From NCBI GenBank assembly GCA_038322575.1, contig JBBQGB010000008.1, positions 3,559 to 67,558 on the forward strand: a DNA stretch of 64,000 nt, written 5' to 3'. How positions within the stretch are numbered: position 1 is the stretch's first letter; each line of letters starts with the position of its first letter. The notes below the pieces were generated by a model. That model was not told the origin of the DNA, ran no database searches, and worked only from the letters and a program-made list of their open reading frames with translations. Origin of the DNA: Actinomycetales bacterium. Lineage in GTDB: Bacteria > Actinomycetota > Actinomycetes > Actinomycetales > Angustibacteraceae. The translations under genes were made by a program, and so were the position numbers. Positions 1 to 9,882 of this stretch are shown here, piece after piece.

Positions 1-1
1 C

Positions 2-592
2 GGTTCCTTCACGTCGTTCGGGGTGGTCAAGGCCCCGGATGCGCAACCCAGTCAGCTCGGCCTCGAGGGGTACTTCTTCCCCACCGCGGCGCTCGGGCCA
101 GGCGCCGCGCCGTACTCCGCCTTCCCCGGTCCGCTGAACCCCGTGCTGTCCCTCGTCGCCTACCACGGCGACCTCGGCCTCGACACCGGCGTGCCGCAGT
201 CGCTGTACACCCTGGACAAGGCCAAGCTGACGCCGTACCGCTCGGGCTCGGGCCGGCCCATGCCGCTGCTGCTGCGTAAGGGCCAGACCGTCGACCTGCC
301 GGACGGGGCTGGAACGGTCACGTTCAACGGCCTCCGAACGTGGGTGAAGCTGCAGATCAACGACCAGCCGGGCAAGGTGATCCCGCTGGTCGGCGTGGTG
401 GCGGCGATCCTCGGCCTGCTGTGCTCGCTGTTCATCCGGCCACGGCGAACCTGGGTCCGGGTGCGGGACGAGGACGGGCGTACCGTTGTCGAGGTCGCTG
501 CCCTCGACCGGGTATCCGGTGGAGACCCGGGGCGCCACGTCGAACAGGTGGCCGCCGCGCTGCGACCGACCGACCAGGAGAAGCGCCAGTGA
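2..592 (+). CDS. resB: cytochrome c biogenesis protein ResB/Ccs1, C-terminal part (5' end outside window)
   Basis: The frame is open from the window edge. It has a C-terminal TM helix (IPLVGVVAAILGLLCSLFIRPRR) followed by a charged tail. The stop overlaps the GTG of the downstream ccsB (GTGA), matching the classical resB-ccsB synteny. Confidence 0.7.
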   Translation, partial: GSFTSFGVVKAPDAQPSQLGLEGYFFPTAALGPGAAPYSAFPGPLNPVLSLVAYHGDLGLDTGVPQSLYTLDKAKLTPYRSGSGRPMPLLLRKGQTVDLPDGAGTVTFNGLRTWVKLQINDQPGKVIPLVGVVAAILGLLCSLFIRPRRTWVRVRDEDGRTVVEVAALDRVSGGDPGRHVEQVAAALRPTDQEKRQ

Positions 593-1590
593 CCGAGACG
601 TACGCCCACCTGAGCAACAACGCCGTCTACTCCGCGACGATCATCTTCACCCTGGCCATGCTCGCGCACGTCGCGGAGTGGGCGATGGCCCACCAGCTGG
701 TCGCCGTGCCCACTCGGACCGAACCGCGTGCCCTGGTGGCCGCCGGGGACCGGGGCGTCGACCCGACGCAGGGCAGGGTCGGCGCTCCGCCGGTGCACGG
801 GGTGGACGATGTGGACGATCTCGAGCGCAGCGACCGATACGGGCGGATCGGCTTCGGGCTTACCTGTCTGGGCCTTGTCGTGCTCGCGGCCGGGGTGCTG
901 ACCCGCGGGCTGGCAGCACACCGGGTGCCCTGGGGGAACATGTACGAGTTCGCGATCACCGGGTGTCTGGCGGTCAGCGTGGCGTACGTCATTCTGGTCC
1001 GGGGCTACGCCATCCGCTGGCTCGGCCTACTGGTCACGGGGTTCCTCGTGATGGTGCTCGGCCTCGCGGTGCTGGTGCTCTACCGCCCGGTCTCGCCGCT
1101 GGTGCCGGCGCTGCACTCGTACTGGCTGATGATCCACGTCTCGTCGGCGGCGGTGGCCGGGGGTGCCTACACCGTGGGCGCGCTGGCCTCGGTGCTCTAC
1201 CTGGTGCGCCGGCGGATGGAGGTCAAGGCCGCCGGCCATCCGGAGCTGCCGCGGACCGGCTTCCTGTGGCGCACCCCGACTGCCGAGGCGATAGACCGGA
1301 TCGCCTACCGGGTGCATGCGTTCGCGTTCCCGCTCTGGACGTTCGCGGTGATGTGCGGCGCGATCTGGGCGCAGTACGCGTGGGGTCGGTTCTGGGGCTG
1401 GGACCCCAAGGAGGTATGGGCGTTCATCACCTGGGTGGCCTACGCGGCCTACCTGCACGCGCGGGCGACCGCCGGGTGGCAGGGCCGGGCTGCGGCGTAC
1501 GTCGCGCTGCTCGGCTACGCGACGTTCCTCTTCAACTTCGTCGGCATCAACCTGTTCGGTTCCGGCCTGCACTCCTACGCCGGGATGTAA
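589..1590 (+). CDS. ccsB: c-type cytochrome biogenesis protein CcsB/ResC (heme handling)
   Basis: Polytopic membrane protein with the Trp-rich heme-handling motif WGRFWGWDPKEVWAFITW. The GTG start at 589 overlaps the resB stop. The upstream part of ORF 340..1590 is Arg/Gly-rich out-of-context sequence. Confidence 0.85.
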   Translation: MTETYAHLSNNAVYSATIIFTLAMLAHVAEWAMAHQLVAVPTRTEPRALVAAGDRGVDPTQGRVGAPPVHGVDDVDDLERSDRYGRIGFGLTCLGLVVLAAGVLTRGLAAHRVPWGNMYEFAITGCLAVSVAYVILVRGYAIRWLGLLVTGFLVMVLGLAVLVLYRPVSPLVPALHSYWLMIHVSSAAVAGGAYTVGALASVLYLVRRRMEVKAAGHPELPRTGFLWRTPTAEAIDRIAYRVHAFAFPLWTFAVMCGAIWAQYAWGRFWGWDPKEVWAFITWVAYAAYLHARATAGWQGRAAAYVALLGYATFLFNFVGINLFGSGLHSYAGM

Positions 1591-1683
1591 CCACGCGAAC
1601 CACGTCGTGGCCTCGGGTGGGCGGCGCAGTGGTGGGTTGCGTACCGCTGTGGGTCATACCAGCCTCAGCTCGCCGCCGGATGG

Positions 1684-1965
1684 TCAGGCGTCGGGGGGTG
1701 GGTCGATCTTGAGGTTGCGCAGGAAGTCCGGGTCGTCGTCGGGCGCCATGGGCCTGGTGTGCGGGCGTGGGGCCACCGGGGTGGGGTCGTCGCCGTTGGG
1801 ACGGCCGTAGACCAGCCAGCCCACGGGCCCGAGGATCGGCAGCACGATGACGAACGCCCACGCCCAGCGCGGCAGCTGCCGGACGTCGCGAGCATCCGAC
1901 TGGGCCAGCTCGATCCAGCAGTAGATCGCCAGCACGATCGGGATCACGAACGGCAGGAACCTCAT
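1684..1965 (-). CDS. small membrane protein, PLD-nuclease-N-terminal (PLDc_N) type
   Basis: The internal ATG at 1965 gives a 93-aa protein, MRFLPFVIPIVLAIYCWIEL...LPRWAWAFVIVLPILGPVGWLVYGRP. This two-TM pattern is typical of PLDc_N proteins. The longer ORF upstream looks non-coding. Confidence 0.6.
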   Translation of the reverse strand: MRFLPFVIPIVLAIYCWIELAQSDARDVRQLPRWAWAFVIVLPILGPVGWLVYGRPNGDDPTPVAPRPHTRPMAPDDDPDFLRNLKIDPPPDA

Positions 1966-2065
1966 GGTCGCCAGTCTCCTCTCTACTCCAGAGTAGTCGG
2001 CCGTTCCAGGCCCTGCCTGCCGAGCGTGGGCTGGCGCCCGGAGGGGCTCGCGTAAGGTCGTTCGG

Positions 2066-3040
2066 GTGGACAGTGAGCATCTGGTCGGGCTGCCCGAGAT
2101 CACCGCGGCGGCGGACCGGATCTCGGGGCAGGTCCGTCGTACCCCGATCATCCCTACCAGCCTGGGCCGCGCGGCCCGGCCCCTGCTGCTGAAGGCCGAG
2201 TGCCTGCAGGTCACCGGCTCGTTCAAGGCGCGCGGCGCGGGTAACGCGGTAGCGCTGCTCGATGCTGACGCCCGCAGCCGTGGGGTCGTGACTCACTCGT
2301 CCGGTAACCACGCGCAGGCTCTTGCCAGGGCCGCGCGGGGGGCGGGCATCCCGGCCACCGTCGTGATGCCCCGGGCGACACCCGACGTGAAGCGGTTGGC
2401 AACCCTGCGGCACGGGGCAACCGTCGAGCTTGTCGAGCTGGCCGAGCGCGCGTCGCGGGTCGAGCAGATCCTGGCGGAGACCGGCGCGGTGTTCGTGTCG
2501 CCGTTCGACAACCCCGACGTGATCGCGGGCCAGGGCACGATCGGCCTGGAGATCATCGACGACGTGCCGGAGCTGGCGTCGGTGTGGGTTCCGGTCAGCG
2601 GAGGCGGTCTGATCAGCGGCATCGCGGCGGCGGTCAAGGCGCTGCGCCCGGACGTACGCGTGATCGGGGTCGAGCCAGAGCTGGCGGGCGACCTGGCTGA
2701 GGGGTTCGCCCTTGGTCGCCGAGTGACCTGGGAGGCCGCCCGGACGGGGCGCACCATCGCCGACGGGCTGCGGGTGCAGGCCGTCGGGGAGTGGAACTGG
2801 CCGCACATCACGGCGTACGTCGACGATGTGGTGACGGTCAGCGAGGAGGCGATCCGGTCCGCGCTGCGCAGCCTGGTGCTCGACTGCAAGCTGGTCGCCG
2901 AACCGAGCGGTGCCGTGAGCGTCGCCGGGTTCCTGCAGCACCACGCGATCGGGGGGCACGGACCCGCGGTCGCCGTTGTCTCGGGAGGGAACATCGAACC
3001 GCACGCGCTGGCCGCTCTGCTCACGGAGGGGCCTGGGTGA
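2066..3040 (+). CDS. PLP-dependent threonine/serine dehydratase family protein
   Basis: Contains the PLP-lysine motif TGSFKARGA, then HSSGNHAQALA and a Gly-rich loop PVSGGGLISG. The 324-aa length fits the catabolic dehydratase / serine-racemase-like group. Confidence 0.8.
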   Translation: MDSEHLVGLPEITAAADRISGQVRRTPIIPTSLGRAARPLLLKAECLQVTGSFKARGAGNAVALLDADARSRGVVTHSSGNHAQALARAARGAGIPATVVMPRATPDVKRLATLRHGATVELVELAERASRVEQILAETGAVFVSPFDNPDVIAGQGTIGLEIIDDVPELASVWVPVSGGGLISGIAAAVKALRPDVRVIGVEPELAGDLAEGFALGRRVTWEAARTGRTIADGLRVQAVGEWNWPHITAYVDDVVTVSEEAIRSALRSLVLDCKLVAEPSGAVSVAGFLQHHAIGGHGPAVAVVSGGNIEPHALAALLTEGPG

Positions 3041-3345
3041 GGATCTTCCTGCTCTACACGCTGGCCAGGGTGGCCCTGTTCGCGGCCGCGTTCGGGTTGA
3101 TCTGGCTGGCGTTCGGGCGGTGGCTGAACTGGGGCGCCGTGAGCGGGCTGTACACCGCGATCATCGCGATGGTGGTCTCGTCGGTCGTGGCGTTGCTGGT
3201 GCTCGGATCGCTGCGTGACGAGTTCGCCGTGCAGGTCGCGCAGCGGGCGGATCGGGCGAAGGCGGCGTACGACGCTCGGCGGGCCGCGGAGGATGCGGAC
3301 CAGCCGATCGACTCGCCTACGGACCAGAGCCCGGATGGCCGCTGA
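3037..3345 (+). CDS. DUF4229-like small membrane protein
   Basis: The GTG at 3037 overlaps the upstream stop (GTGA). It has two hydrophobic helices (IFLLYTLARVALFAAAFGLIWLAF / YTAIIAMVVSSVVALLVLG) followed by a charged tail. Confidence 0.55.
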   Translation: MRIFLLYTLARVALFAAAFGLIWLAFGRWLNWGAVSGLYTAIIAMVVSSVVALLVLGSLRDEFAVQVAQRADRAKAAYDARRAAEDADQPIDSPTDQSPDGR

Positions 3346-3365
3346 CCGGCCGCGGCGCAGGCGAG

Positions 3366-4250
3366 TCAGCCGGCTGCGGCGATGATGCAGCCGGCCAGGA
3401 TCCCGGCCGCGTAGACCAGCTCGGTGAGCCCGGTGTCCCGCAGTACCGGCACCAGTGCCGGCCCGGTCGTGCCACGGCGTACGACGCCCACGGCCCGCAT
3501 CCCGATGGGGGTGGCGGCCAAGCCGAGCAACGCCCACCAGGTCACGGTGGCGCCGACCCCGGCCAGCGTCACGGCGGAGGCGGCCAGCAGAGCGACGTAC
3601 AGCAGCCGTGAGCGACGGTCCCCGAGCACTACGGCGAGCGTGCGCTTGCCGACCGCCGTGTCGCTGGGGATGTCGCGCAGGTTGTTGGCGACCAGGATCG
3701 CGCAGGCCAGTGAGCCGATCGCGACGGCGGCGGCGAGCGCGGCCCACGACAGGCGCCCGGCCTGGGTGTACGTGGTGCCGAGCACCGCGACCAGACCGAA
3801 GAACACGAAGACGAACACCTCGCCGAGGCCGAGGTAGCCGTAAGGGTTCGAGCCCCCGGTGTAGTACCAGGCGGCGAGGATCGAGACGGCGCCGACGCCG
3901 AGCATCCACCACGTGTGCGACACGAGCACCAGGGCCAGCCCGGCGAGGGCGGCGACGGCGAAGGCGGCGAACGCGGCGAGCTTGACCGAGCGCGGGCTGG
4001 CCAGGCGCGAGCCGGTGAGCCGCAGTGGGCCGACCCGGTCGTCGTCGGTGCCGCGGATGCCGTCGGAGTAGTCGTTGGCGTAGTTGACCCCGACCTGCAG
4101 CGCGAGCGAGACGACCAGGGCCAGCAGCGCGCGGGGCAGGCTCGCGGCGCCGAGCGCTGCGGCGGCACCGGTGCCGGCTGCGACGGGGGCGACGGCTGCC
4201 GGCAGCGTCCGCGGACGGGCGCCCTCGATCCACTGCGCTGCGCTCGCCAT
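3366..4250 (-). CDS. menA: 1,4-dihydroxy-2-naphthoate polyprenyltransferase
   Basis: UbiA-family prenyltransferase with the motif [15 protein letters not shown], about 9 TM segments, and a men-gene neighbourhood. Confidence 0.9.
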   Translation of the reverse strand: MASAAQWIEGARPRTLPAAVAPVAAGTGAAAALGAASLPRALLALVVSLALQVGVNYANDYSDGIRGTDDDRVGPLRLTGSRLASPRSVKLAAFAAFAVAALAGLALVLVSHTWWMLGVGAVSILAAWYYTGGSNPYGYLGLGEVFVFVFFGLVAVLGTTYTQAGRLSWAALAAAVAIGSLACAILVANNLRDIPSDTAVGKRTLAVVLGDRRSRLLYVALLAASAVTLAGVGATVTWWALLGLAATPIGMRAVGVVRRGTTGPALVPVLRDTGLTELVYAAGILAGCIIAAAG

Positions 4251-4296
4251 GGCTCGATCCTGCCGTGTGCCGGGTGGGGTGGCCGCAGCGGCCCGG

Positions 4297-5481
4297 TCAG
4301 GCGCGGTCCACGAGCGCCGCGACGGCCGCCCGGTCGGGCTTGCCGGGGCCGCGCAGGGGAATGCGCTCGACCAGGACGAGCCGGCGCGGCGCAGCGGCCG
4401 ACCCGAGAGCTGCGGTCACGGCGGCTCGCAACCGTTGCAGCACAACGGGTTGCTGGCCGCGTGCCACCACCACCGCGACGACGGACTGGCCCCACTCGAT
4501 GTCCGGGACGCCGACGACGACGCACTCGCTGACCTCGCGCAGGCCGGCGACGACGGTTTCGACGGCGGCGGGAGAGACCTTCAGGCCCCCGGTGACGATG
4601 ACGTCGTCTGCGCGGCCTGTGACCCGCAACCGGCCGTCGACGAGCTCGCCCAGGTCGTCGGTGCGGAACCATCGGCGTCCGTCCCGCTCGACGAACGCGT
4701 CGGCGCCCGGCCGCAGCCGGTAGCCGCGTGCGACCACGGGCCCGCCGAGCAGGATCCGCCCGTCGTCCAGGCCGACCTCGACGCCGTCCAGGGGCGTGCC
4801 GTCGTACACGCACCCGCCGCAGGTCTCGCTCATGCCGTACGTCGTGACGACGCGGACGCCGGCCGTGCCGGCACGAGCGAGCAGCGTCGGCGAGGTGGCG
4901 GCGGCGCCGACCAGCACCGCGTCGTACGACGACAGTGCGGCCACGGCGGCGGGCCCGGCGTCCAGCAGCCGCAGCAGCTGGGTCGGCACGAGCGCGGTGT
5001 AGCGGCGACCGTCGGCACGTCGCAGCAGACCGTCGGTGGCGCGCACGAAGGCGTCGGTCGAGAAGCCGGCCGCCAGGTCGACCACCGACGGGACGGTGCC
5101 CGCGAGGCTGGAGCGCACCAGCACCTGGACGCCAGCGACGTGGTGCGGTGCCAGCGCGAGCAGCCACGTGCCGGGGCCGCCCAGCCGGGCGTGCGTCGCG
5201 GTGGCGGACGCCGTCAGCGCAGACGCCTGCAGCAGCGCACCCTTCGGCGTGCCCGTCGACCCGGACGTCGCGAGTACCAGTGCGGTCGGGTCGGCGTCGT
5301 CGTCCTCACCCGGGCGCAGCGCGGTGGCGGGCTCGAGGGCGTCCAGGGTGTGCGCCCCCGAGGCGTCGGGCGGCAGGGGCAGCAGCACGTCGCCGCTGCC
5401 GTCCAGGGCCGACGCCACAGCCGCCACGGCCTCGGCGACGGGCAGGCCGCCCAGGGCGACGGCGCGCAGGATGCGCGGCAC
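4297..5481 (-). CDS. menE: o-succinylbenzoate-CoA ligase
   Basis: Short (394 aa) adenylate-forming enzyme with the AMP-binding motif [12 protein letters not shown] and a C-terminal GPGKPDR. It lies adjacent to menA. Confidence 0.85.
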   Translation of the reverse strand: MPRILRAVALGGLPVAEAVAAVASALDGSGDVLLPLPPDASGAHTLDALEPATALRPGEDDDADPTALVLATSGSTGTPKGALLQASALTASATATHARLGGPGTWLLALAPHHVAGVQVLVRSSLAGTVPSVVDLAAGFSTDAFVRATDGLLRRADGRRYTALVPTQLLRLLDAGPAAVAALSSYDAVLVGAAATSPTLLARAGTAGVRVVTTYGMSETCGGCVYDGTPLDGVEVGLDDGRILLGGPVVARGYRLRPGADAFVERDGRRWFRTDDLGELVDGRLRVTGRADDVIVTGGLKVSPAAVETVVAGLREVSECVVVGVPDIEWGQSVVAVVVARGQQPVVLQRLRAAVTAALGSAAAPRRLVLVERIPLRGPGKPDRAAVAALVDRA

Positions 5482-5485
5482 GACC

Positions 5486-5881
5486 TCAGGCCGAGCCCGC
5501 GGCCGGGCCCTCGACGTTGGTGGTGGGGGCGCCGCGACCGCAGCGGACGATGACCGCCCGGGCGGGTGCGTCGTCGGGGTTGGTCTCGCGGTGGACCGCG
5601 TGCGCCGGCACGTGCAGGAAGTCGCCGGCCGAGGCGGTGACGACCTCGCGCCCGCCCGGGCCGGACTCCAGGCGCATCCGCCCGCGAACGACGTACAGCG
5701 TCGTCTCGTGCTCGCCGTGGTGGTGCCAGCCGGACGCGGCGTGCGGCTCGGTGTCGACCACGCCGCTCCACATGCCCTCGACCTCCAGCCCGACGCGCCT
5801 GGTCATGCCGGGGGTGGGGTCTGCCGGGCGCAGGTCACCCGCCGGGACGTGGGCGCAGGGGCGCGCTGCCGGATCGGTCAC
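5486..5881 (-). CDS. cupin domain protein
   Basis: Cupin metal-binding motifs GWHHHGEHETTLYVVRG and GDFLHVPAHAVH. The start is uncertain: GTG at 5881 or ATG at 5806. Confidence 0.65.
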   Translation of the reverse strand: MTDPAARPCAHVPAGDLRPADPTPGMTRRVGLEVEGMWSGVVDTEPHAASGWHHHGEHETTLYVVRGRMRLESGPGGREVVTASAGDFLHVPAHAVHRETNPDDAPARAVIVRCGRGAPTTNVEGPAAGSA

Positions 5882-6068
5882 GGGTGCAGTCTGGCCCAGG
5901 TGCCGCTCATGAAGCCAGACAGTGCCCAGCGAACGTCGGTCCCGCCAGGTCGCAGCTTCTGGTTCTCTCCTGCGGCGCACCGCCCAGACGGGGCGTGCCT
6001 GAGGACCTGCTGCCTAGCCCACTGTGGGGCAGCCCCGCTCCGCGGGGGACTGCCCCACGTCACGCGGC

Positions 6069-6779
6069 TCAGCGGTACTCGGGGTTGTGCCAGCCGAAGC
6101 GCTCGCCGGCGTTCCACTCCGACCGCTGGTTGCCGTGACCAGGCACGCCCCCTGCCGTCTTGAGCATGCGCGCGAGGTGCATGAGGTTCCAGGTCATGAA
6201 GGTCGTGTTGCGGTTGGTGAACTCGTTCTCGGGCCCCCCGCTGCCGGCATCGAGGTACGACGGGCCGGGCCCGGCCTCGCCGATCCACCCGGCGTCGGCA
6301 TTGGGCGGGATCGTGTAGCCCACGTGCTGCAGGCTGTACAGGATGTTCTGTGCGCAGTGCTTGATGCCGTCCTCGTTGCCCGTGATCAGGCACCCGGCCA
6401 CACGTCCGTAGAACAGGTACTGACCCTTGTCGTTGAGCAGACCGCTGAGGGCGTAGATCCGCTCGATCACGCGCTTGGTGACGCTGGAGTTGTCACCGAG
6501 CCAGATCGGGCCGGCGACCACCAGGATGTCGCTGGCCAGGAGGCCGGGGTACAGGTCCGGCCACGCGTCGGACTCCCACCCGTGCTCGCGCATGTCCGGG
6601 TAGACCCCGGTGGCGATGTCGTGGTCGACCGCCCGCACCAGGTCGACCTCGACACCGTGTTCGCGCATGATCGCCGCGCTGGCGTCCACGAGGCCAGCCG
6701 TGTGGCTCGGCTCCGGACTCTTCTTGAGGGTGCAGTTGACGTAGGTGGCGCGCAGGCCGCTGAAGTCCCAGTCGTTCAT
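6069..6779 (-). CDS. flavodoxin-like NAD(P)H-dependent FMN reductase family protein
   Basis: The internal ATG at 6779 gives a 236-aa protein, MNDWDFSGLRATYVNCTLKKSP...ILVVAGPIWLGDNSS...GCLITGNEDG, typical of the flavodoxin/FMN_red fold. The upstream 135 codons of the ORF overlap a gene remnant. Confidence 0.75.
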   Translation of the reverse strand: MNDWDFSGLRATYVNCTLKKSPEPSHTAGLVDASAAIMREHGVEVDLVRAVDHDIATGVYPDMREHGWESDAWPDLYPGLLASDILVVAGPIWLGDNSSVTKRVIERIYALSGLLNDKGQYLFYGRVAGCLITGNEDGIKHCAQNILYSLQHVGYTIPPNADAGWIGEAGPGPSYLDAGSGGPENEFTNRNTTFMTWNLMHLARMLKTAGGVPGHGNQRSEWNAGERFGWHNPEYR

Positions 6780-6847
6780 GGAGCCACTGTCTCTGCTGCA
6801 CTCGACTTCGTTACAAACCGCCACCCTATTCTTCCCAACCGCCTCAC

Positions 6848-7075
6848 GTAGAGCATCGTCGGCAGGCCCCGCGACAGCAGCAGGACCAGCATGGACACCG
6901 GCAGCAGCTGCTCTGGCGAGTGCACCAGCCCGGAGCCGTCCGGGCGCACGCCGCTCACGACGAAGAACCCCGGGATGAGCAAGCCGTACCCGATGGCGTC
7001 GAGCTTGGTGCCGAAGCGGGGGTGGGTAAAGGAGTCGCGATCGAGCGCCGCGACCGCTTGCAAGCGGATCTCCGC
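6848..7075 (-). pseudogene. remnant of a cation:proton antiporter gene (internal fragment only)
   Basis: The fragment AEIRLQAVAALDRDSFTHPRFGTKLDAIGYGLLIPGFFVVSG...LLPVSMLVLLLSRGLPTMLY aligns with AQIRVRL...ALDPDSDERHPQFRVKLDGLGFGFLIPIFFVTSG...LLRVPLYLVLLLVVRGLPALAY of the intact antiporter at 12329..13528. There is no N- or C-terminal remainder. Confidence 0.45.
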
Positions 7076-7262
7076 GGTCCTGTCCGGCAGCCGTATCAGC
7101 AGCCCGCCCCCGGTACATGCTGTGCGAGGTGATGGCGGCCGTGACACCTGGGCGCGTGCGACACGTCGCATCCCCGGAGTCCACCGCTCGACGATGTGGC
7201 GGAAGGACAACTCGTCGCGCGACCGCAGGGCCGCGACCCGGCGGGCGTCGTTCACCCGCCCT

Positions 7263-9194
7263 TCACAGGAGGGCGGCGTCCTGCTGAACACAGAGCAGGG
7301 CGGGCCCGGGTGAGCTGAACAGGTCTCGGACGGCGTCGTCGAGCTGGTCGCGGTGGTCGACGCGGATCCCGGTGGCGCCGCAGAGCTCGGCGTAGGCCGC
7401 CCAGTCCGGGTTGGACAGCGACGTGTGCCACACGGGGTAGTCGGCGGCGACCTGCTCCTTCTCGATCTTGCCCAACGCGTCGTTGTTGAGCAGCACGTGC
7501 TTGATCGCCATGCCGTACTTCACCGCCGTGGTGAGCTCCATCGCGTACTGGCCGAAGCCCCCGTCACCGGTCACGGCGACGACCGGCCGGGAGGGGTCGG
7601 CGGCCCAGGCGCCCATGGCCGCCGGGTAGCCGAACCCGATGGAGCCGAGGTACCCGGACATCAGCACCGGTTGTCCCCGCGACTCCAGGTAACGGCCGAG
7701 GGAGTAGGCGTGGTTGCCGACGTCGACACAGACGACCGCGTCGAGGGGAAGCTGTTGGGACAGCGCCGCGAAGACGGCGGCGGCCGAGACCCCGCGGCCT
7801 CGGTCGTCCTCGGTGCGCCGGCGTTTCTCGGCTCGCCACAAGGCCCAGCGGGCCGCCACGTCGTCTCGCTGGTCGACGGTACGCGCGTGAGCGGTCGCCG
7901 CGTCGAGCGCTCGGACGCCGAGGACGGCATCGGCCAGGATCGGCACGGTGACGGCGTGGAACCGGCCGATGGCCGCGGGCTCGTCGTCGATCTGGATGAT
8001 GGGCTTGTACGACGCGATCCCGGTGTGGTTGGAGAACGAGGCCCCCACCACCACGAGCAGGTCGGACTCGTTCATCAGCCAGCTGGCCACCGGCGTCCCG
8101 CTGCGGCCGAGGACCCCGGCGCCCAGCGGGTGGTCGTCGGGCACGAGGCCCTTGGCCTTGAAGGTGGTCAGCACAGGGGCACCGAGGCGCTCGGCGAGCG
8201 CGGTCAGCTCCGGTGCGCAGACCCGGGCACCGTGCCCGACCACGAACACCGGACGGGTGGCCGCCACGAGCAGGTCGGCCGCCGCTGCGACCGCGTCGGC
8301 GTCCGGACCGATCCGCCGGGTCGTGAACCGCCCCAGCGGCGTGGCGGGGTCGGCGTCCGACGGCTGGTCCTGCACCTCGTCGGGGATCACGAGGTGGGCC
8401 ACGCCGCGTCGGTCCACCGCGTGCTTGACGGCGAGCGCCGCGAGCTCGGCGTGATCGCTGCCGGCGGCCACCGTCGTGGTCGACACGGCGACGTCACGGA
8501 AGACGGCCGACAGGTCGAGGTCCTGGAAGGCCCCGCGCCCGATGAGGGGCGAGGGCACCTGACCGGAGACGGCGATCACGGGGGACTGGTCGAGCTTGGC
8601 GTCGTACAGGCCGGTGAGCAGGTTGGTCGAGCCCGGGCCGGCGATGGCGAAGCAGGCCGCCGGTCGTCCGGTGAGCTTGCCGTAGGCGCTGGCGGCGAAC
8701 GCCGCGGCGCCCTCGTGGCGGATCCCGATGAAGCGCAGCTCACCGCGCTCCTCGGCCCGCCGCATCGCGTCGGCGAACCCCAGGTTGGAGTGACCCACCA
8801 TCCCGAACACCGTGTCGACGCCGTGGGCGATCAGCGTCTCCACCAGGACGTCGGAGACGGAGCGGTGAGGTGTCGTCCGCGCGGGCAGGTTGACGTAGAC
8901 GCCGTCCGCGCGCTCGTCGACGTCGTAGGCGAGCACCGCGTCGGAGAAGCCCTCGGGGGGCTGTCCGGTCGCGGGGTCGTAGTCGTACCCGTGCCAGGGG
9001 CAGCGGAGCCATCCGTTCTCGATGGACCCCTCGCCGACCGGACCACCCTGGTGGGGGCACCGGTTCTCCAGTGCGCCGAGCCGGCCCCCGCACCGGGTGA
9101 GCGCGACCGATCGGCCGTCCAGCACGGTGCTGGTGACGCGTCCGTCCGCTGGGACGTCGGTCGGCAGGACCTGGTGCCATCCGTGCTCGCTCAT
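7263..9194 (-). CDS. Rieske [2Fe-2S] domain fused to a thiamine-diphosphate enzyme (pyruvate oxidase / acetolactate synthase-like)
   Basis: The N-terminal ~100 aa carry CPHQGGP-x-CPWHGY (Rieske CxH...CxxH). They are followed by TPP_N (GMVGHSNLGFADA, GPGSTNL), a middle domain, and a TPP-binding C-domain (TGDGGFGQ...NN). Confidence 0.85.
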   Translation of the reverse strand: MSEHGWHQVLPTDVPADGRVTSTVLDGRSVALTRCGGRLGALENRCPHQGGPVGEGSIENGWLRCPWHGYDYDPATGQPPEGFSDAVLAYDVDERADGVYVNLPARTTPHRSVSDVLVETLIAHGVDTVFGMVGHSNLGFADAMRRAEERGELRFIGIRHEGAAAFAASAYGKLTGRPAACFAIAGPGSTNLLTGLYDAKLDQSPVIAVSGQVPSPLIGRGAFQDLDLSAVFRDVAVSTTTVAAGSDHAELAALAVKHAVDRRGVAHLVIPDEVQDQPSDADPATPLGRFTTRRIGPDADAVAAAADLLVAATRPVFVVGHGARVCAPELTALAERLGAPVLTTFKAKGLVPDDHPLGAGVLGRSGTPVASWLMNESDLLVVVGASFSNHTGIASYKPIIQIDDEPAAIGRFHAVTVPILADAVLGVRALDAATAHARTVDQRDDVAARWALWRAEKRRRTEDDRGRGVSAAAVFAALSQQLPLDAVVCVDVGNHAYSLGRYLESRGQPVLMSGYLGSIGFGYPAAMGAWAADPSRPVVAVTGDGGFGQYAMELTTAVKYGMAIKHVLLNNDALGKIEKEQVAADYPVWHTSLSNPDWAAYAELCGATGIRVDHRDQLDDAVRDLFSSPGPALLCVQQDAALL

Positions 9195-9267
9195 CTGTAA
9201 CGCCTCTCCGCGTCGCGGGACTGTGCAGCTACTGTCCCTGCGCGTCGCGAACTGTTACGGAGCCGCC

Positions 9268-9882
9268 ATGTCCGACCTGGAGTCCACCCGGACGTCGTTG
9301 CACGCGATCGCCGAGCTGCTGCTCGCTGGGCCGCAGTACGTCCGGAGCAGGTCGATCCGGCTGCGCCCATCGCCCGGCGGTTTCGCGACGGTCGCACCGC
9401 CCGACGTGCGCGTCTTGGGCACCGACCTCGTGCTGGCCGACCGGTCGATCCCGCTCGACGGTCGCCGCGTGGCGGACGTCGCGAGCGAGGCCGGTCTGAC
9501 CCCCCGGCGCCTGAACGAGGTGTACGCCGATGGCTCTGGCCTCGGCGAGGACCACGTGCTGCGCATCGAGGCCGACGCTGCCCGGCAGATCGCTGACGGC
9601 TTCCAGCGCGGCACCCAGGCTCTGGCGGTCTTCGCGCCAGGGACCGAGCAGACGCTCTGGCCGGAGCACTTCGACCTGGCCATCACCCTCGACGAGGTCA
9701 ACTACGGGATCTCGCCCGGCGACACCCACCTCGCCGTGCCGTACGCCTACGTGGGCCCCCCGTCGCCCCGCGAGCTCGACGGGACGTTCTGGAACGCTCC
9801 CTTCGGGGCCGCCCTCCCGCTCACGCAGGTCGACGACCTGGAGGCGTTCTTCTCCGAGGGCAGGAGCAGGGCAGCCGGGTAG
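9268..9882 (+). CDS. hypothetical protein
   Basis: An ATG at 9268 within ORF 9022..9882 gives 204 aa with coding-like composition. It is divergent from the Rieske-TPP gene. I recognise no motif. Confidence 0.5.
   Translation: MSDLESTRTSLHAIAELLLAGPQYVRSRSIRLRPSPGGFATVAPPDVRVLGTDLVLADRSIPLDGRRVADVASEAGLTPRRLNEVYADGSGLGEDHVLRIEADAARQIADGFQRGTQALAVFAPGTEQTLWPEHFDLAITLDEVNYGISPGDTHLAVPYAYVGPPSPRELDGTFWNAPFGAALPLTQVDDLEAFFSEGRSRAAG

Noticed and set aside
2293-5167. Minus- and plus-strand ORFs of 400-650 aa overlapping the dehydratase, menA and menE (for example 2293..4233, 3629..5167, 4084..5553).
   Set aside because: They are alternative frames of real genes, consist of Arg/Pro/Ala-rich repetitive translations, and have no recognisable domains.
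7353-9200. 615-aa plus-strand ORF opposite the Rieske-TPP gene.
   Set aside because: The minus-strand product has complete Rieske and ThDP motifs, while the plus-strand translation is Gly/Arg/Val/Asp low complexity.
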